Shown here: positions 44,491 to 53,679 of the stretch, one piece after another | Layout of the letters: each line of letters opens with the position of its first letter | How positions within the stretch are numbered: the first letter of the stretch is position 1 | Origin: a virus | Lineage: Duplodnaviria; Caudoviricetes | Virus record (IMG/VR): IMGVR_UViG_3300021167_000088 | Location: 1,699 to 65,698 of that record | DNA length: 64,000 nt | Reading direction: 5' to 3' (one strand) | Program-made: the position numbers and the translations under genes | Notes under the pieces: generated by a model | Database searches by the model: none | What the model saw: only the letters and a program-made list of their open reading frames with translations | Told to the model about the DNA's origin: nothing

Positions 44491-44771
44491 CCAACGAGGC
44501 TGGGTTCAAGCAGCTCGTTATCGACGCCATCGTCGGCGTGGGCTTCGCCGGTCAGATGACCCTGGCCATGGAGTGCGAGCGGGCAGGGTTGGCTGAGTAC
44601 ACCGGCAACCAGCACAACCCGTCGTGGGCATGGCGCCGCGCCAAGCTCGAAGCCTGCGGGCTGGAGATGCTGCAAGAGCTGTACCAAGGTCTGCGCGAAG
44701 CGCGTGACGAGCAGAACGCCCCGGTCGACGAGGTAGCGACCGAGCCTGAATCCCTAATCATTCTCCAGTAA
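44487..44771 (+). CDS. Hypothetical protein
   Basis: MTNEAGFKQLVIDAIVG...; ATGA overlap with HNH stop. Confidence 0.6.
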   Translation: MTNEAGFKQLVIDAIVGVGFAGQMTLAMECERAGLAEYTGNQHNPSWAWRRAKLEACGLEMLQELYQGLREARDEQNAPVDEVATEPESLIILQ

Positions 44772-44780
44772 GGCTACCTT

Positions 44781-46955
44781 ATGCCCGTAAACGCAGCGCT
44801 CGCCCAAACCCAGTGGCAACGATTCCAGTGGTGTCGTGACCGTGGCCACCTCGATTTCGTTGCCAAGGCCGACCGCTGTGACAAGTTCGTCGCCGGTGAC
44901 CAGTGGCTGCAGCAGGATCTGAACGCTCTGGAGCTTCAGCGCCGGCCCGCCATCACCATCAACAAGATTGGCGCGACCGTGCAGACCCTGCTCGGCGAGC
45001 AGATCCAGAACCGCACAGAGGTGCTGTTCCGGCCCTCAGCCGGCGCCAACGCCGACACCTCCGACGCTCTCAGCAAGGTGTGGATGCAGGTCAGCCAGAA
45101 CAACCAGCTCCCGTGGGTCCGCAGCGAAGTGTTCTCGGACGGTCTGGTGCGCAGCCGGGGCTTCTTCGACATGCGCATGGACTTCAACGACTCGATGCAG
45201 GGCGAGATCCGCATCATCCAGTTGAACTCCAAGAACGTCGTGATCGACCCGGATGCCGAGGAATACGACCCGGATAGCTGGAACGACGTGTTCATCACGA
45301 AGTGGCTGACCTACCAGGACATCGCCATCCTCTATTCCGAGGACGACGCCAACTATCTCAAGGACAAGGAAGGAAGCGCCTACCCCTATGGTTATGACTC
45401 AATCGAACGTGTGCGCGACCGTTTTGCGGGGGTTATCCCTCTTGGCGGTTATTACGGCGTTGCTGACGATGCCGGGGTGCGTCGTAACATTCGCGTGCTC
45501 GAAAGACAGTACCGGAAACTTGATAAACAACTGCACTTCGTCGACGTGGAAAACGGAGACATGCGACCCGTGCCGGTCGACTGGGACCGCAACCGTATAG
45601 CCCTGCTGCTCGAAAAGACGGGTGGCAAGCTCTCCACCATGAAGAAGCAGGTCAAGCGCATCCGCTGGACGGTCAGCGCCGACAACGTCGTGCTGCACGA
45701 CGACTGGTCACCCTACAAGCACCTAACCGTGGTGCCGTACTTCCCCAGCTTCCGCTACGGTCGCACCGTCGGTGTCGTCGAGAACCTGCTGGGGCCGCAG
45801 GAGATTCTGAACAAGGTCTCCAGCCAAGAGCTGCACATCGTGAACACCACGGCCAACAGCGGCTGGGTGGTCGAGCAGGACTCGCTGCTGAACATGACGA
45901 TTCAGGAACTGGAGACCAAGGGGGCGCAAACTGGCCTTGTGCTTGAGTTCAAGAAGGGTGCCGAGCCGCCGACGAAGATCCAGCCGAACCAGACCCCGAC
46001 AGGCCTGGACCGGATCAGCTACAAGGCCGAGGAAGCCATCAAGAGCATCTCCAACGTGTCGGACTCCATGCAGGGGAACGACCGTGAGGATGTCGCTGCC
46101 AAGGCCATCGCCTACAAGCAGCAGCGCTCCAGCGTCAACCACACCAAGGTCTACGACAACCTGGAACGCACCGACTGGCTGCTGGCCCGCAACGGCCTCG
46201 ATTTGATCCAGAACTACTACACCGAAGAGCGCCTGATCAACATCACCCACGACGACGTCACCCGTGAACCCGAGCAGGTCACGGTCAACGGGGTCGACCC
46301 GTTCACCGGCGAGATCACCAACGACCTGACGCTGGGCGAGTACGACATCGTGATCAGCTCCAGCCCGTTCCGCGTCAGCCTCGAAGACAGCCAGTTCGAG
46401 CAGGCCCGCGCCCTCAAGGAGCTGGGTATCGCCATTCCCGACAGCGTCCTCATCGAGAACAGCCGCCTCATGCGCCGCGCCGACATCATCAAGAAGATGG
46501 AAGCCGCTGCGAACTCGCCCGAAGCGCTACAGCAGAAAGAGCTGCAGATGCGCGACATGCAGGCCGAGGTCGGCAAGAAGGAAGCCGAGATCGGCAAGAT
46601 CACCGCCGAGACCCAGCAGAAGGGTGCCGACGCCCAGATAAAGGCCAACGAGGCGATGGGTGGCAACGACGGCGAGCTGCAGAAGATGCAGAAGATGCAG
46701 GCCGAGATGCAGATGGAGCGCGAGCGCCTCGACATGGAGCTGCAGAAGATGCGCGAAGAGATGGGCATGAAGCAGCAGGAGATGGAAATGAAGTTCCAGA
46801 TGCAGGCTGCCGAGCATGCCCAGAAGCAGCAGCACCAGCAGGAAGACCACCAGCAGAACATGGTGCTGAAAGAACAGCAAGCCGAGCAGCAGGCAGCCGC
46901 TCAGCGTGCGAACGACCTAAAACAAGCTGCCAACCCCGTTAGCAAGGAGCAATAA
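44781..46955 (+). CDS. Portal protein (P22/N4-like)
   Basis: GDQW, RPAITINKI, PYFP, LLGPQEILNK, C-terminal Q/M/E-rich coiled coil; position after terminase. Confidence 0.88.
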   Translation: MPVNAALAQTQWQRFQWCRDRGHLDFVAKADRCDKFVAGDQWLQQDLNALELQRRPAITINKIGATVQTLLGEQIQNRTEVLFRPSAGANADTSDALSKVWMQVSQNNQLPWVRSEVFSDGLVRSRGFFDMRMDFNDSMQGEIRIIQLNSKNVVIDPDAEEYDPDSWNDVFITKWLTYQDIAILYSEDDANYLKDKEGSAYPYGYDSIERVRDRFAGVIPLGGYYGVADDAGVRRNIRVLERQYRKLDKQLHFVDVENGDMRPVPVDWDRNRIALLLEKTGGKLSTMKKQVKRIRWTVSADNVVLHDDWSPYKHLTVVPYFPSFRYGRTVGVVENLLGPQEILNKVSSQELHIVNTTANSGWVVEQDSLLNMTIQELETKGAQTGLVLEFKKGAEPPTKIQPNQTPTGLDRISYKAEEAIKSISNVSDSMQGNDREDVAAKAIAYKQQRSSVNHTKVYDNLERTDWLLARNGLDLIQNYYTEERLINITHDDVTREPEQVTVNGVDPFTGEITNDLTLGEYDIVISSSPFRVSLEDSQFEQARALKELGIAIPDSVLIENSRLMRRADIIKKMEAAANSPEALQQKELQMRDMQAEVGKKEAEIGKITAETQQKGADAQIKANEAMGGNDGELQKMQKMQAEMQMERERLDMELQKMREEMGMKQQEMEMKFQMQAAEHAQKQQHQQEDHQQNMVLKEQQAEQQAAAQRANDLKQAANPVSKEQ

Positions 46956-46956
46956 C

Positions 46957-47943
46957 ATGGCTGTAGATATAGACAACCTCGAACTTCTTTCCCCGGCACC
47001 GGACATCGACAGCTTTGACCCGAAGGCGGGTGATCGCGGCGACATGCTTGTTGCCGACGAGCCGGACGAGGTCGTTGTGCCCGAAGTCGTCAAGGACGAT
47101 GTCGAAGAGCCGGAAGACGAGGTGGTTGAGCCGGAAGACGAGGAAGTCGTCGACGAGAAGACCCGTGACGAGAAGGGCAAATTCGCTCCCAAGGGAATCC
47201 CCAAGGCACGCTTCGACGAAGCCGTCGGCAAGGAGCGCGAGGCCCGTGAAGCCGCCGAGCGCCGCGCCGAAGCCGCCGAGCGTCAGCTCCAGGCTGCCGA
47301 GGCCCAGAAGGTCCAGACCACGCAGTTGAGCGAGTTGGAAGACAAGATCACCGAGATGGAGCAGAAGGCCGACGAGCTGCTGCTTGATGGCGACATCGTC
47401 GAGGCTGGCAAGCTGCGCAAGGAGATCCGCGCCACCGAGCGCCTGATCGCCCGTGCCGAAGCCGTCGAAGGCGCCCGCCAGAGCACGTCCAACGCGCTGG
47501 AGAGCGAGCGCTTCGACGTGGCGGTGCTGCGCCTCGAAGCGGATCACCCGGCGCTGAACCCGAAGTCCGACACCTACGACAGCGACCTCGTCGAGCTGGT
47601 GCTGAGCAAGCAGCGTACCCTGATGTCCCAGGAAGGCATGTCGCCGTCCCAGGCACTTACCTACGCCGCTGATAAGGTCATGGAGCGCTTCGGCACCCCG
47701 ACCCCAGTAGCCGAGGACAAGGAGGGGCTGGCGGCAGCCAAGGCGGCGGACCGCAAGACGACGCAGATCAAGAAGAACCTCGACACCATGAAGAAGCAGC
47801 CGTCGAACATGAAGGATGTCGGTATCGACTCCGACAAAGCCGGGCAGACCGGGCAGTTGCCGGACATCAAGAACATGACCCAGGACGAGTTCAACGCCCT
47901 GCCCAAGTCAACGCTGGCCAAGCTACGGGGAGACCTGCTGTGA
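46957..47943 (+). CDS. Capsid scaffolding protein
   Basis: Acidic N-terminus, RDEKGKF, IPKARFDE, coiled coil, MTQDEFNALP end; lies between portal and capsid. Confidence 0.75.
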   Translation: MAVDIDNLELLSPAPDIDSFDPKAGDRGDMLVADEPDEVVVPEVVKDDVEEPEDEVVEPEDEEVVDEKTRDEKGKFAPKGIPKARFDEAVGKEREAREAAERRAEAAERQLQAAEAQKVQTTQLSELEDKITEMEQKADELLLDGDIVEAGKLRKEIRATERLIARAEAVEGARQSTSNALESERFDVAVLRLEADHPALNPKSDTYDSDLVELVLSKQRTLMSQEGMSPSQALTYAADKVMERFGTPTPVAEDKEGLAAAKAADRKTTQIKKNLDTMKKQPSNMKDVGIDSDKAGQTGQLPDIKNMTQDEFNALPKSTLAKLRGDLL

Positions 47944-48242
47944 CCTTCTATCGCAAAAAACCTGTCGTTATTGAAGCGTTCCAAATGACAGAAGCGCGGC
48001 GTCAAGACAACAGCGAGTGGCCTGAGTGGTTGAATATCGCTTGGAACACTGACCATGCTAAAGCAGGGGCGATGTACCCGTTTGACTTCCCATATTCTGA
48101 TGGGAAGGACGAGTTGCTCATCGTCACGCTTGAGGGTCTGCATCGCGTCTCATTTGGCGATTACATCATCAAAGGTGTTCAAGGCGAGCTTTATCCGTGC
48201 AAGCCCGACATCTTCGAACTCACCTACGAGGCCGCGCTCTAA
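47940..48242 (+). CDS. Conserved phage hypothetical protein
   Basis: YRKKPVVIEAFQ...TLEG...GDYIIKGVQGELYPCKPDIFELTYE. Confidence 0.75.
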   Translation: MTFYRKKPVVIEAFQMTEARRQDNSEWPEWLNIAWNTDHAKAGAMYPFDFPYSDGKDELLIVTLEGLHRVSFGDYIIKGVQGELYPCKPDIFELTYEAAL

Positions 48243-48320
48243 GAATTTCGTAACGAAAGGAGGTGATCCAGTGTCTGCAGGAAAGAAACCTAAGCCTAAA
48301 TGCTAGTTGGTTGTTGCGGA

Positions 48321-48334
48321 CTCTGAATTGCTCT
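48321..48334 (+). promoter_or_regulatory. CTCTGA-N4-CTCT motif (triple array)
   Basis: CTCTGA ATTG CTCTGA TAGA CTCAGA at the start of the capsid gene leader. Confidence 0.65.
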
Positions 48335-48380
48335 GATAGACTCAGAACCGCACCTACCTCGTGCACTGCTCGCCCACCCC

Positions 48381-48519
48381 GAGCCGACTCACCCCCGTAA
48401 GGGGTGACCTCGCAGGTCCAGCGATACGGACACCGCCTAGCTAGAGGCACAAAACCCAGCCGACTCGTCCTCGTAACAGGTCGTTTGTTTTCGCAAGTTG
48501 CCAGCGATACGGCACCGCG
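48381..48519 (+). ncRNA. Tandem structured leader upstream of the major capsid gene
   Basis: Two modules AGCCGACTC...CGTAA...CGCA...stem-AGCGATAC-stem-CCGC with compensatory stems GTCC/GGAC and TGCC/GGCA. Confidence 0.55.
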
Positions 48520-48570
48520 CAGAAGCCACGAGAGAGCTTCAGAAACCATTCGACTTACACAGGAGGACAC

Positions 48571-49698
48571 ATGTCCACTACAAACTTCGCTCTCTTGACC
48601 AATGAGCAAAAGACCATTTGGTCTCTCGACTTCTGGAAACAGGCCCGCAACCAATCGTTCATCAACAAGTTCCTCGGCAAAGATGCCAACTCGATGGTTC
48701 AGCACATTACCGAGCTGAAGAAGACCGAGAAGGGCGCCCGCGCTGTTATCACGTTGCTGGCCGACCTCGAAGGCGACGGCGTAGTTGGTGACCGCACGCT
48801 GGAAGGTAACGAAGAAGTTCTCAAGTCTTACGATCAGGTTATCAAGATCGACCAGATGCGTAACGCCAACCGCCACGAAGGCCGCATGGCTGACCAGAAG
48901 TCTGTGGTCAACTTCCGCGAAGGCTCGCGTGACAAGCTGTCCTACTGGCTGTCTGATCGTATCGACCAGATGGCGTTCCTGACGCTGGCTGGCAAGTCCT
49001 TCACCCTCGGTAACGCCGGTCAAGTCCGCGTCGGTTCCGACCTGAAGAACCTGGAATTCGCACCCACCGCTGCTGACGCACCGTCTGCCAAGCGCGTCGG
49101 TCGCTGGAACTCGGATGCCAACTCCAAGGTCGGCTCCTTCGATGTCGGTTCCGGCTCAAACACCGTCACTGCAGTCGACCTGCCGATGTGGAACATGTTC
49201 GTCCAGCTCAAAGCCTACGCCAAGGAAAACTACATCCGTGGCATCAAGGAAGACGGCGGCGAAGAAACCTTCCACGCCTTCCTGTCGCCGATGGCCATGT
49301 CGAAGCTGAAGCTCGACCCGGTCTACCGCGACAACCTCCGCTACGCCCAACAGCGCGGTGCGGGTAACGAGCTGTTCACCGGCTCCAGCGTCAAGATCGA
49401 CGGCATCTACCTCCACGAGTTCCGCCACGTACCGAACACCCGCTTGGCCGCTTCTGGCTCCAAGTTCGGCGCCACCGGCACCATCGACGGCTGCCAGATC
49501 CTCTTCTGCGGCGCGCAAGCCCTCGGTATGGCTGACATCGGCAATCCGGAGTGGGTCGAGAAGGAATTCGACTACGACAACCAGCCCGGTATCTCGGTCG
49601 CCAAGATCCTCGGCTTCTTGAAGCCGAAGTTCACCACCCAGTACAGCGGCGGCACCGTGGAAGATCACGGCGTCATCTCCTGCTACGTCGCTCAATAA
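48571..49698 (+). CDS. Major capsid protein (N4-gp56/DUF4043-like)
   Basis: TNF..LTNEQKTIWS, ELKKTEKGARAVITLLADLEGDGV, TLEGNEE.L, EKEFDYDNQ.GIS; strong RBS aggagg. Confidence 0.9.
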   Translation: MSTTNFALLTNEQKTIWSLDFWKQARNQSFINKFLGKDANSMVQHITELKKTEKGARAVITLLADLEGDGVVGDRTLEGNEEVLKSYDQVIKIDQMRNANRHEGRMADQKSVVNFREGSRDKLSYWLSDRIDQMAFLTLAGKSFTLGNAGQVRVGSDLKNLEFAPTAADAPSAKRVGRWNSDANSKVGSFDVGSGSNTVTAVDLPMWNMFVQLKAYAKENYIRGIKEDGGEETFHAFLSPMAMSKLKLDPVYRDNLRYAQQRGAGNELFTGSSVKIDGIYLHEFRHVPNTRLAASGSKFGATGTIDGCQILFCGAQALGMADIGNPEWVEKEFDYDNQPGISVAKILGFLKPKFTTQYSGGTVEDHGVISCYVAQ

Positions 49699-49710
49699 GG
49701 AGGGCTGGAT

Positions 49711-50148
49711 ATGTCCAAGCTCATCGCTGCACGCTCTGCTCAGTACCTGATGGAAGCTGAGTTCGCCTTTAACTTCGACGACACGATGGTAGATGTCACG
49801 GGTGCCACGAAGGACTTCGGTCTGACTAACATCGCAGCCACCTCCTTCGACATCATCAACGTCCCCGAAGGCGCGGTAATTCTTGGTGGTTCGCTGACTG
49901 TCGATACCGCTTTCGACACGGCCTCCTACGCCGTAGTCATCGGCGACTCGGTGGTTGCCAATCGCTACCTTGCCACGGCTGACCGCAAGGGTGCTGCGCA
50001 CACCGCGCTGACCCCAACGGGCTACCGCACTGCAGGCGAGAACATCCGCATCGGTATCACCAATGCTGACGTATGTACCGCTGGTAAAGGTGTTGTGCGT
50101 ATTCAGTACGCCATCACCGGTCGCGCCAACGAAGTAGTCCCGAACTAA
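49711..50148 (+). CDS. Putative capsid decoration/minor head protein
   Basis: 145-aa beta-rich protein directly after the capsid gene. Confidence 0.55.
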   Translation: MSKLIAARSAQYLMEAEFAFNFDDTMVDVTGATKDFGLTNIAATSFDIINVPEGAVILGGSLTVDTAFDTASYAVVIGDSVVANRYLATADRKGAAHTALTPTGYRTAGENIRIGITNADVCTAGKGVVRIQYAITGRANEVVPN

Positions 50149-50158
50149 CGCGGGTCTT

Positions 50159-50186
50159 CAGGCGGTGTAAAGCCCGCCTGCTTTTT
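50159..50186 (+). terminator. Rho-independent terminator
   Basis: CAGGCGG-loop-CCGCCTG then CTTTTT; a second GC hairpin follows. Confidence 0.65.
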
Positions 50187-50234
50187 ACAAAGCCGGCCCT
50201 CCGGGGCCGGCTGATTACCACCACGAGGATAGTC

Positions 50235-50612
50235 ATGCCGAATTACACCCTGAACCGCAACCACATCCACCGCTCCATCTTCGGCGTCGTGTCCTTCGAA
50301 AAAGGCAAGCCGAGCTGGGTCACTCCGATGCTGGAGAAGGAAATCATCGCCATCGGCGGTGAGCGCGTCGACGGCGAGGTTGTTGACCCACTTGACCCGG
50401 TCAAGGAAGAGTACGTCGCGCCGACTCCAGCCGAGCGCTTTGCTGCGCTGGAAGATGCTTTCGACACCCTGATTGCCCGTAACGAGCCGAAGGAATTCAC
50501 CGGCGCCGGCGTCCCGACGGTCAAGGCCGTCGAGAAGATCGTCAGCTTCGATGTCGACCGCACCGAGATTGAGCACGCCTACGCTGACTACCGCGCCACC
50601 AAGGCTGCGTAA
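50235..50612 (+). CDS. Hypothetical virion-associated protein
   Basis: 125-aa ORF with RBS gagga. Confidence 0.65.
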   Translation: MPNYTLNRNHIHRSIFGVVSFEKGKPSWVTPMLEKEIIAIGGERVDGEVVDPLDPVKEEYVAPTPAERFAALEDAFDTLIARNEPKEFTGAGVPTVKAVEKIVSFDVDRTEIEHAYADYRATKAA

Positions 50613-51292
50613 TGAACTCCACGGAGCTGTACGAAGCTTTCCGTAACGACGTACTCGACCTGGGACCAGGAGAATTCTGGTCCGATGACGAGGTGTGGCG
50701 CTACGCCAACGACGCGTACCGGATGTTCGTGCGGCTCACCGGCGGGGTTTCTGACTTCCTCTCCAGCGCTTGCGAAGTGTCTATAGTCGCTGGCGAGGCA
50801 GTGGCTGATCTCCACCCCTCGGTATTGCGGATCATGAGCGCCACCCGGCGCTCGGACACGCAACCCATCGAGATTATCAACCCGACCGACCTGCAGAAGA
50901 TGCGCTCGTCTGACTACGGTCAGATCAAGGCCATCACGATGGACACCCGCACCGGCCCGGTTCGCTACATGGTGCAGGGTTTGAAGCGCGACGTTGTGCG
51001 CTGGATTCAGGTGCCCGAGGTCGACGACACCTGTGACCTCCACATCTACCGCCTGCCGCTGAACACGATTACCGGCGACGACCAGGAACTCGTCGATGTC
51101 GCCGAAGACCACCACATTCACCTGCTCGACTGGATGAAGCACCTTGCTTACAAGAAGAAGGATGCTGACGCTTTTGACCCGCAGGGCAGCGCCCAAGGCA
51201 AGGCTGACTTCGAAGCCTACTGCGCCATGGTCAAGGCCGAGTGGGAACGCTACAAGCACAAGACCCGCGTCGTTTCATATGGTGGACTCTGA
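50612..51292 (+). CDS. Putative head-tail adaptor
   Basis: ELYEAFRNDV...WSDDEVWRYANDAY, L.DW..HLAYKK.DAD pattern; position after capsid. Confidence 0.6.
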   Translation: MNSTELYEAFRNDVLDLGPGEFWSDDEVWRYANDAYRMFVRLTGGVSDFLSSACEVSIVAGEAVADLHPSVLRIMSATRRSDTQPIEIINPTDLQKMRSSDYGQIKAITMDTRTGPVRYMVQGLKRDVVRWIQVPEVDDTCDLHIYRLPLNTITGDDQELVDVAEDHHIHLLDWMKHLAYKKKDADAFDPQGSAQGKADFEAYCAMVKAEWERYKHKTRVVSYGGL

Positions 51293-51294
51293 AA

Positions 51295-52080
51295 ATGTCT
51301 GAAAGACTCCAAGACCTCTACCTGCAGCAAGGCAAGACCCAACCACTGGTCCTGCGCTGCGAGACCGCGCCCATCGTCTACAAGGTGATCTCGGCTATCA
51401 CGCAAGGTGCTCCGGCCCGGCTCACGACAACCACGCCGCACGGCATGGTTGAAGGCTGGCGCGCTGCAGTAACCAACGCCAAGGGCATGACCGAGATCAA
51501 CGCCACAGCGAATGCCGTCAAGGATAAGGACTACCACGCCGTCACGGTGATCGACACGACCACCATCGAGTTCAACGACGTGAACGCGGCCGGTTTCAAG
51601 GCTTACCTGTCCGGCGGCTTCCTGCAATACAACACGCCGATGGATCTGACGGGCTATGCCGGGCGCCTGCATATCCGGACCAAGAAGGGCGCTGAACTCA
51701 AGCTGAAATGCACCAAGGGCGGCGTTGCTGGAACAACTCGGCCGACTGCTGTCGGTGCGGATGGCTCGGTTACATGGATCGCCACAACCGATGCAGTAAC
51801 TAAAGCCTGGTCTGTAGGCGCCACGTATGCAGTTGGCGACGTAGTTGATCCGACCATCCTATTGTCGATGACCACGACCAACGGCCTGATCGCCATCGAC
51901 AACACGGCCAAAACGGTAACGCTCTACTTCGATGCCATCGACTTTACCGCGCTGACATGGAAGCGCGGCTACTACGAACTGGAACTCTACAAGGACGTGG
52001 TGCGCGGCGGCCAGACCATCGAGAGCGTGTACTCGCCGATCGAGGGTAATGTTTTCCTTGATTCCGAGACGACGAAATGA
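51295..52080 (+). CDS. Virion structural protein
   Basis: ISAITQGAPA.LTT..HGM..G...V...GMTEIN beta module plus DLTGYAGRLHIR/GYYELEL baseplate-type segments. Confidence 0.55.
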   Translation: MSERLQDLYLQQGKTQPLVLRCETAPIVYKVISAITQGAPARLTTTTPHGMVEGWRAAVTNAKGMTEINATANAVKDKDYHAVTVIDTTTIEFNDVNAAGFKAYLSGGFLQYNTPMDLTGYAGRLHIRTKKGAELKLKCTKGGVAGTTRPTAVGADGSVTWIATTDAVTKAWSVGATYAVGDVVDPTILLSMTTTNGLIAIDNTAKTVTLYFDAIDFTALTWKRGYYELELYKDVVRGGQTIESVYSPIEGNVFLDSETTK

Positions 52081-52400
52081 CGAACGATTACACCGGAGAC
52101 GATCGCCGCGTTACCAAGCAAGAGCGCTGCGAATGCGGCGCCCTTGGCATTTTTGAGCGCCGACTTGTAGCCGTTGAAGCAGCCTTCCCCGATGGTCCGG
52201 AAAGGCACCGCGACTATCACCAAGCCAAGATCAACTCAGCAAAGGAAGAAGCCGAGTTCTGGAAGACGGCGAAGATTGAGCTGACCAAAGCCGGCGTCTC
52301 GACGCTGGTCGGTGTGCTCAAGACCATCCTGGTGCTGGCTCTTGTCGGATTGCTCTACAAGCTCGGCCTGGGGGCCGTGGCGGCGGCGCTGGTAAAATGA
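52077..52400 (+). CDS. Membrane protein, holin-like
   Basis: DRR start, coiled coil, C-terminal TM segment; first gene of the lysis cluster. Confidence 0.45.
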   Translation: MTNDYTGDDRRVTKQERCECGALGIFERRLVAVEAAFPDGPERHRDYHQAKINSAKEEAEFWKTAKIELTKAGVSTLVGVLKTILVLALVGLLYKLGLGAVAAALVK

Positions 52401-52729
52401 AACTGCTGCTTGAAAACGGCGCCCTCTACGTCGATCAACTGTTTTTCTCTTACGCAGGAGCAGGCAATGGACGCGACGCTCTACAACCTGGCCGCTATCA
52501 GCTCAGCACGCAATACAGCCCGGCTCACGGCTGCGAACTGCCCAACGCCGCCGGACTGGGTTGGATTGGCCCAGCAATCGGCGCTGATGCTCCACAGTGC
52601 GACCTCGTTTTGGGTCGGGTACGTCACGGCGATGCTCTCCTGCCATGCTCGAATCATGTCGGCCGGCTCCTTACTCTCGTCGAAACCGCCGAAGGCCGAG
52701 GCGCCGCCGTCGAATTGGTTGTGATCTGA
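52397..52729 (+). CDS. Hypothetical protein, weakly DUF5675-like
   Basis: QPGRYQLSTQYSP...LP...CDLVLG...V.LVV layout. Confidence 0.4.
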   Translation: MKLLLENGALYVDQLFFSYAGAGNGRDALQPGRYQLSTQYSPAHGCELPNAAGLGWIGPAIGADAPQCDLVLGRVRHGDALLPCSNHVGRLLTLVETAEGRGAAVELVVI

Positions 52730-52731
52730 TC

Positions 52732-53232
52732 ATGGCTGACTTTCTCCCTGCCTACGAACGCGTCATCCTGGAAGAGGGCGGCTACAAGCTGACCGACGCC
52801 GAGAACGACAACGGCAAACAGACCTACGCCGGCATCTCGCGCCGGGCGCATCCCAAGTGGCCCGGCTGGTCGGCAATCGATGCCGGCGACACGCCGCCGA
52901 CGCAACTAGTTCGAGACTTCTACCGTGATTCGTTTTGGGTTCCGATCCGCGGCGATCAGATCGCCTCGCAGAAAGTCGCCGAGGCGATCTATTCGATGAG
53001 CGTCAATGCCGAGGCATCGCGCAAGCTTGCCCAGGTCGCCGCACGGGTAACGCCTGACGGCGTCTTTGGGCCGAAGACCATCGCTGCGATCAATAGCCTG
53101 GATACCGAGGGCTTTCTGAATCGCTTCTGCATTGCCGCCATTGCCCGCTACCGCGACATCTGCGTTCACGACAAAACCCAACGCCAATGGATTATTGGCT
53201 GGCTTAACCGAGCATTGAAGGTGGCAGCATGA
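52732..53232 (+). CDS. Endolysin, glycosyl hydrolase family 108 with peptidoglycan-binding domain
   Basis: EEGGY...DNGKQTYAGIS, YRDSFW, VTPDGVFGPKT, GWLNR. Confidence 0.88.
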   Translation: MADFLPAYERVILEEGGYKLTDAENDNGKQTYAGISRRAHPKWPGWSAIDAGDTPPTQLVRDFYRDSFWVPIRGDQIASQKVAEAIYSMSVNAEASRKLAQVAARVTPDGVFGPKTIAAINSLDTEGFLNRFCIAAIARYRDICVHDKTQRQWIIGWLNRALKVAA

Positions 53233-53678
53233 GCAATATCATCTCCGATATGATGACCGGTGGCGTCGGCTCCATTGTCGACACCGTCGGCAAGCTAGCC
53301 AGCGACCTGATAACCACCGACAAGGAGCGCCTGGCCGCTCAGAACGAACAAGAGCGCATCGGGCTTGATCGCGATAAGGCGTATCTGGCAGATACGGCTG
53401 ACGCTAGAAACCATGATGTAAAGATCCAAGAAAGCGCAAATGCTTCGTTGCTGGCTAAGAACGTAGGCTACTGGCTCGATCTATTCATTGTCGGCGCAAC
53501 ATTTGGCATGGCCTATTTGATCCTGTTCAAAGGGATTCCGCCAGAGAACAAAGAGATTTTCTTCACATCTTTTGGCTCTCTTCTGACCCTGTGCATGACG
53601 GTAGTCAATTTCCATCGCGGAAGCACTGCCAGAAGCGGGCAGAAGGACAGCACCATTCAATCATTGGCGAGCAAGTGA
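53229..53678 (+). CDS. Holin-like membrane protein
   Basis: GGVGSIVDTVGKLASDLITTDKER N-terminus and two C-terminal TM segments ending FHRGS; overlaps endolysin. Confidence 0.65.
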   Translation: MSNIISDMMTGGVGSIVDTVGKLASDLITTDKERLAAQNEQERIGLDRDKAYLADTADARNHDVKIQESANASLLAKNVGYWLDLFIVGATFGMAYLILFKGIPPENKEIFFTSFGSLLTLCMTVVNFHRGSTARSGQKDSTIQSLASK

Positions 53679-53679
53679 A

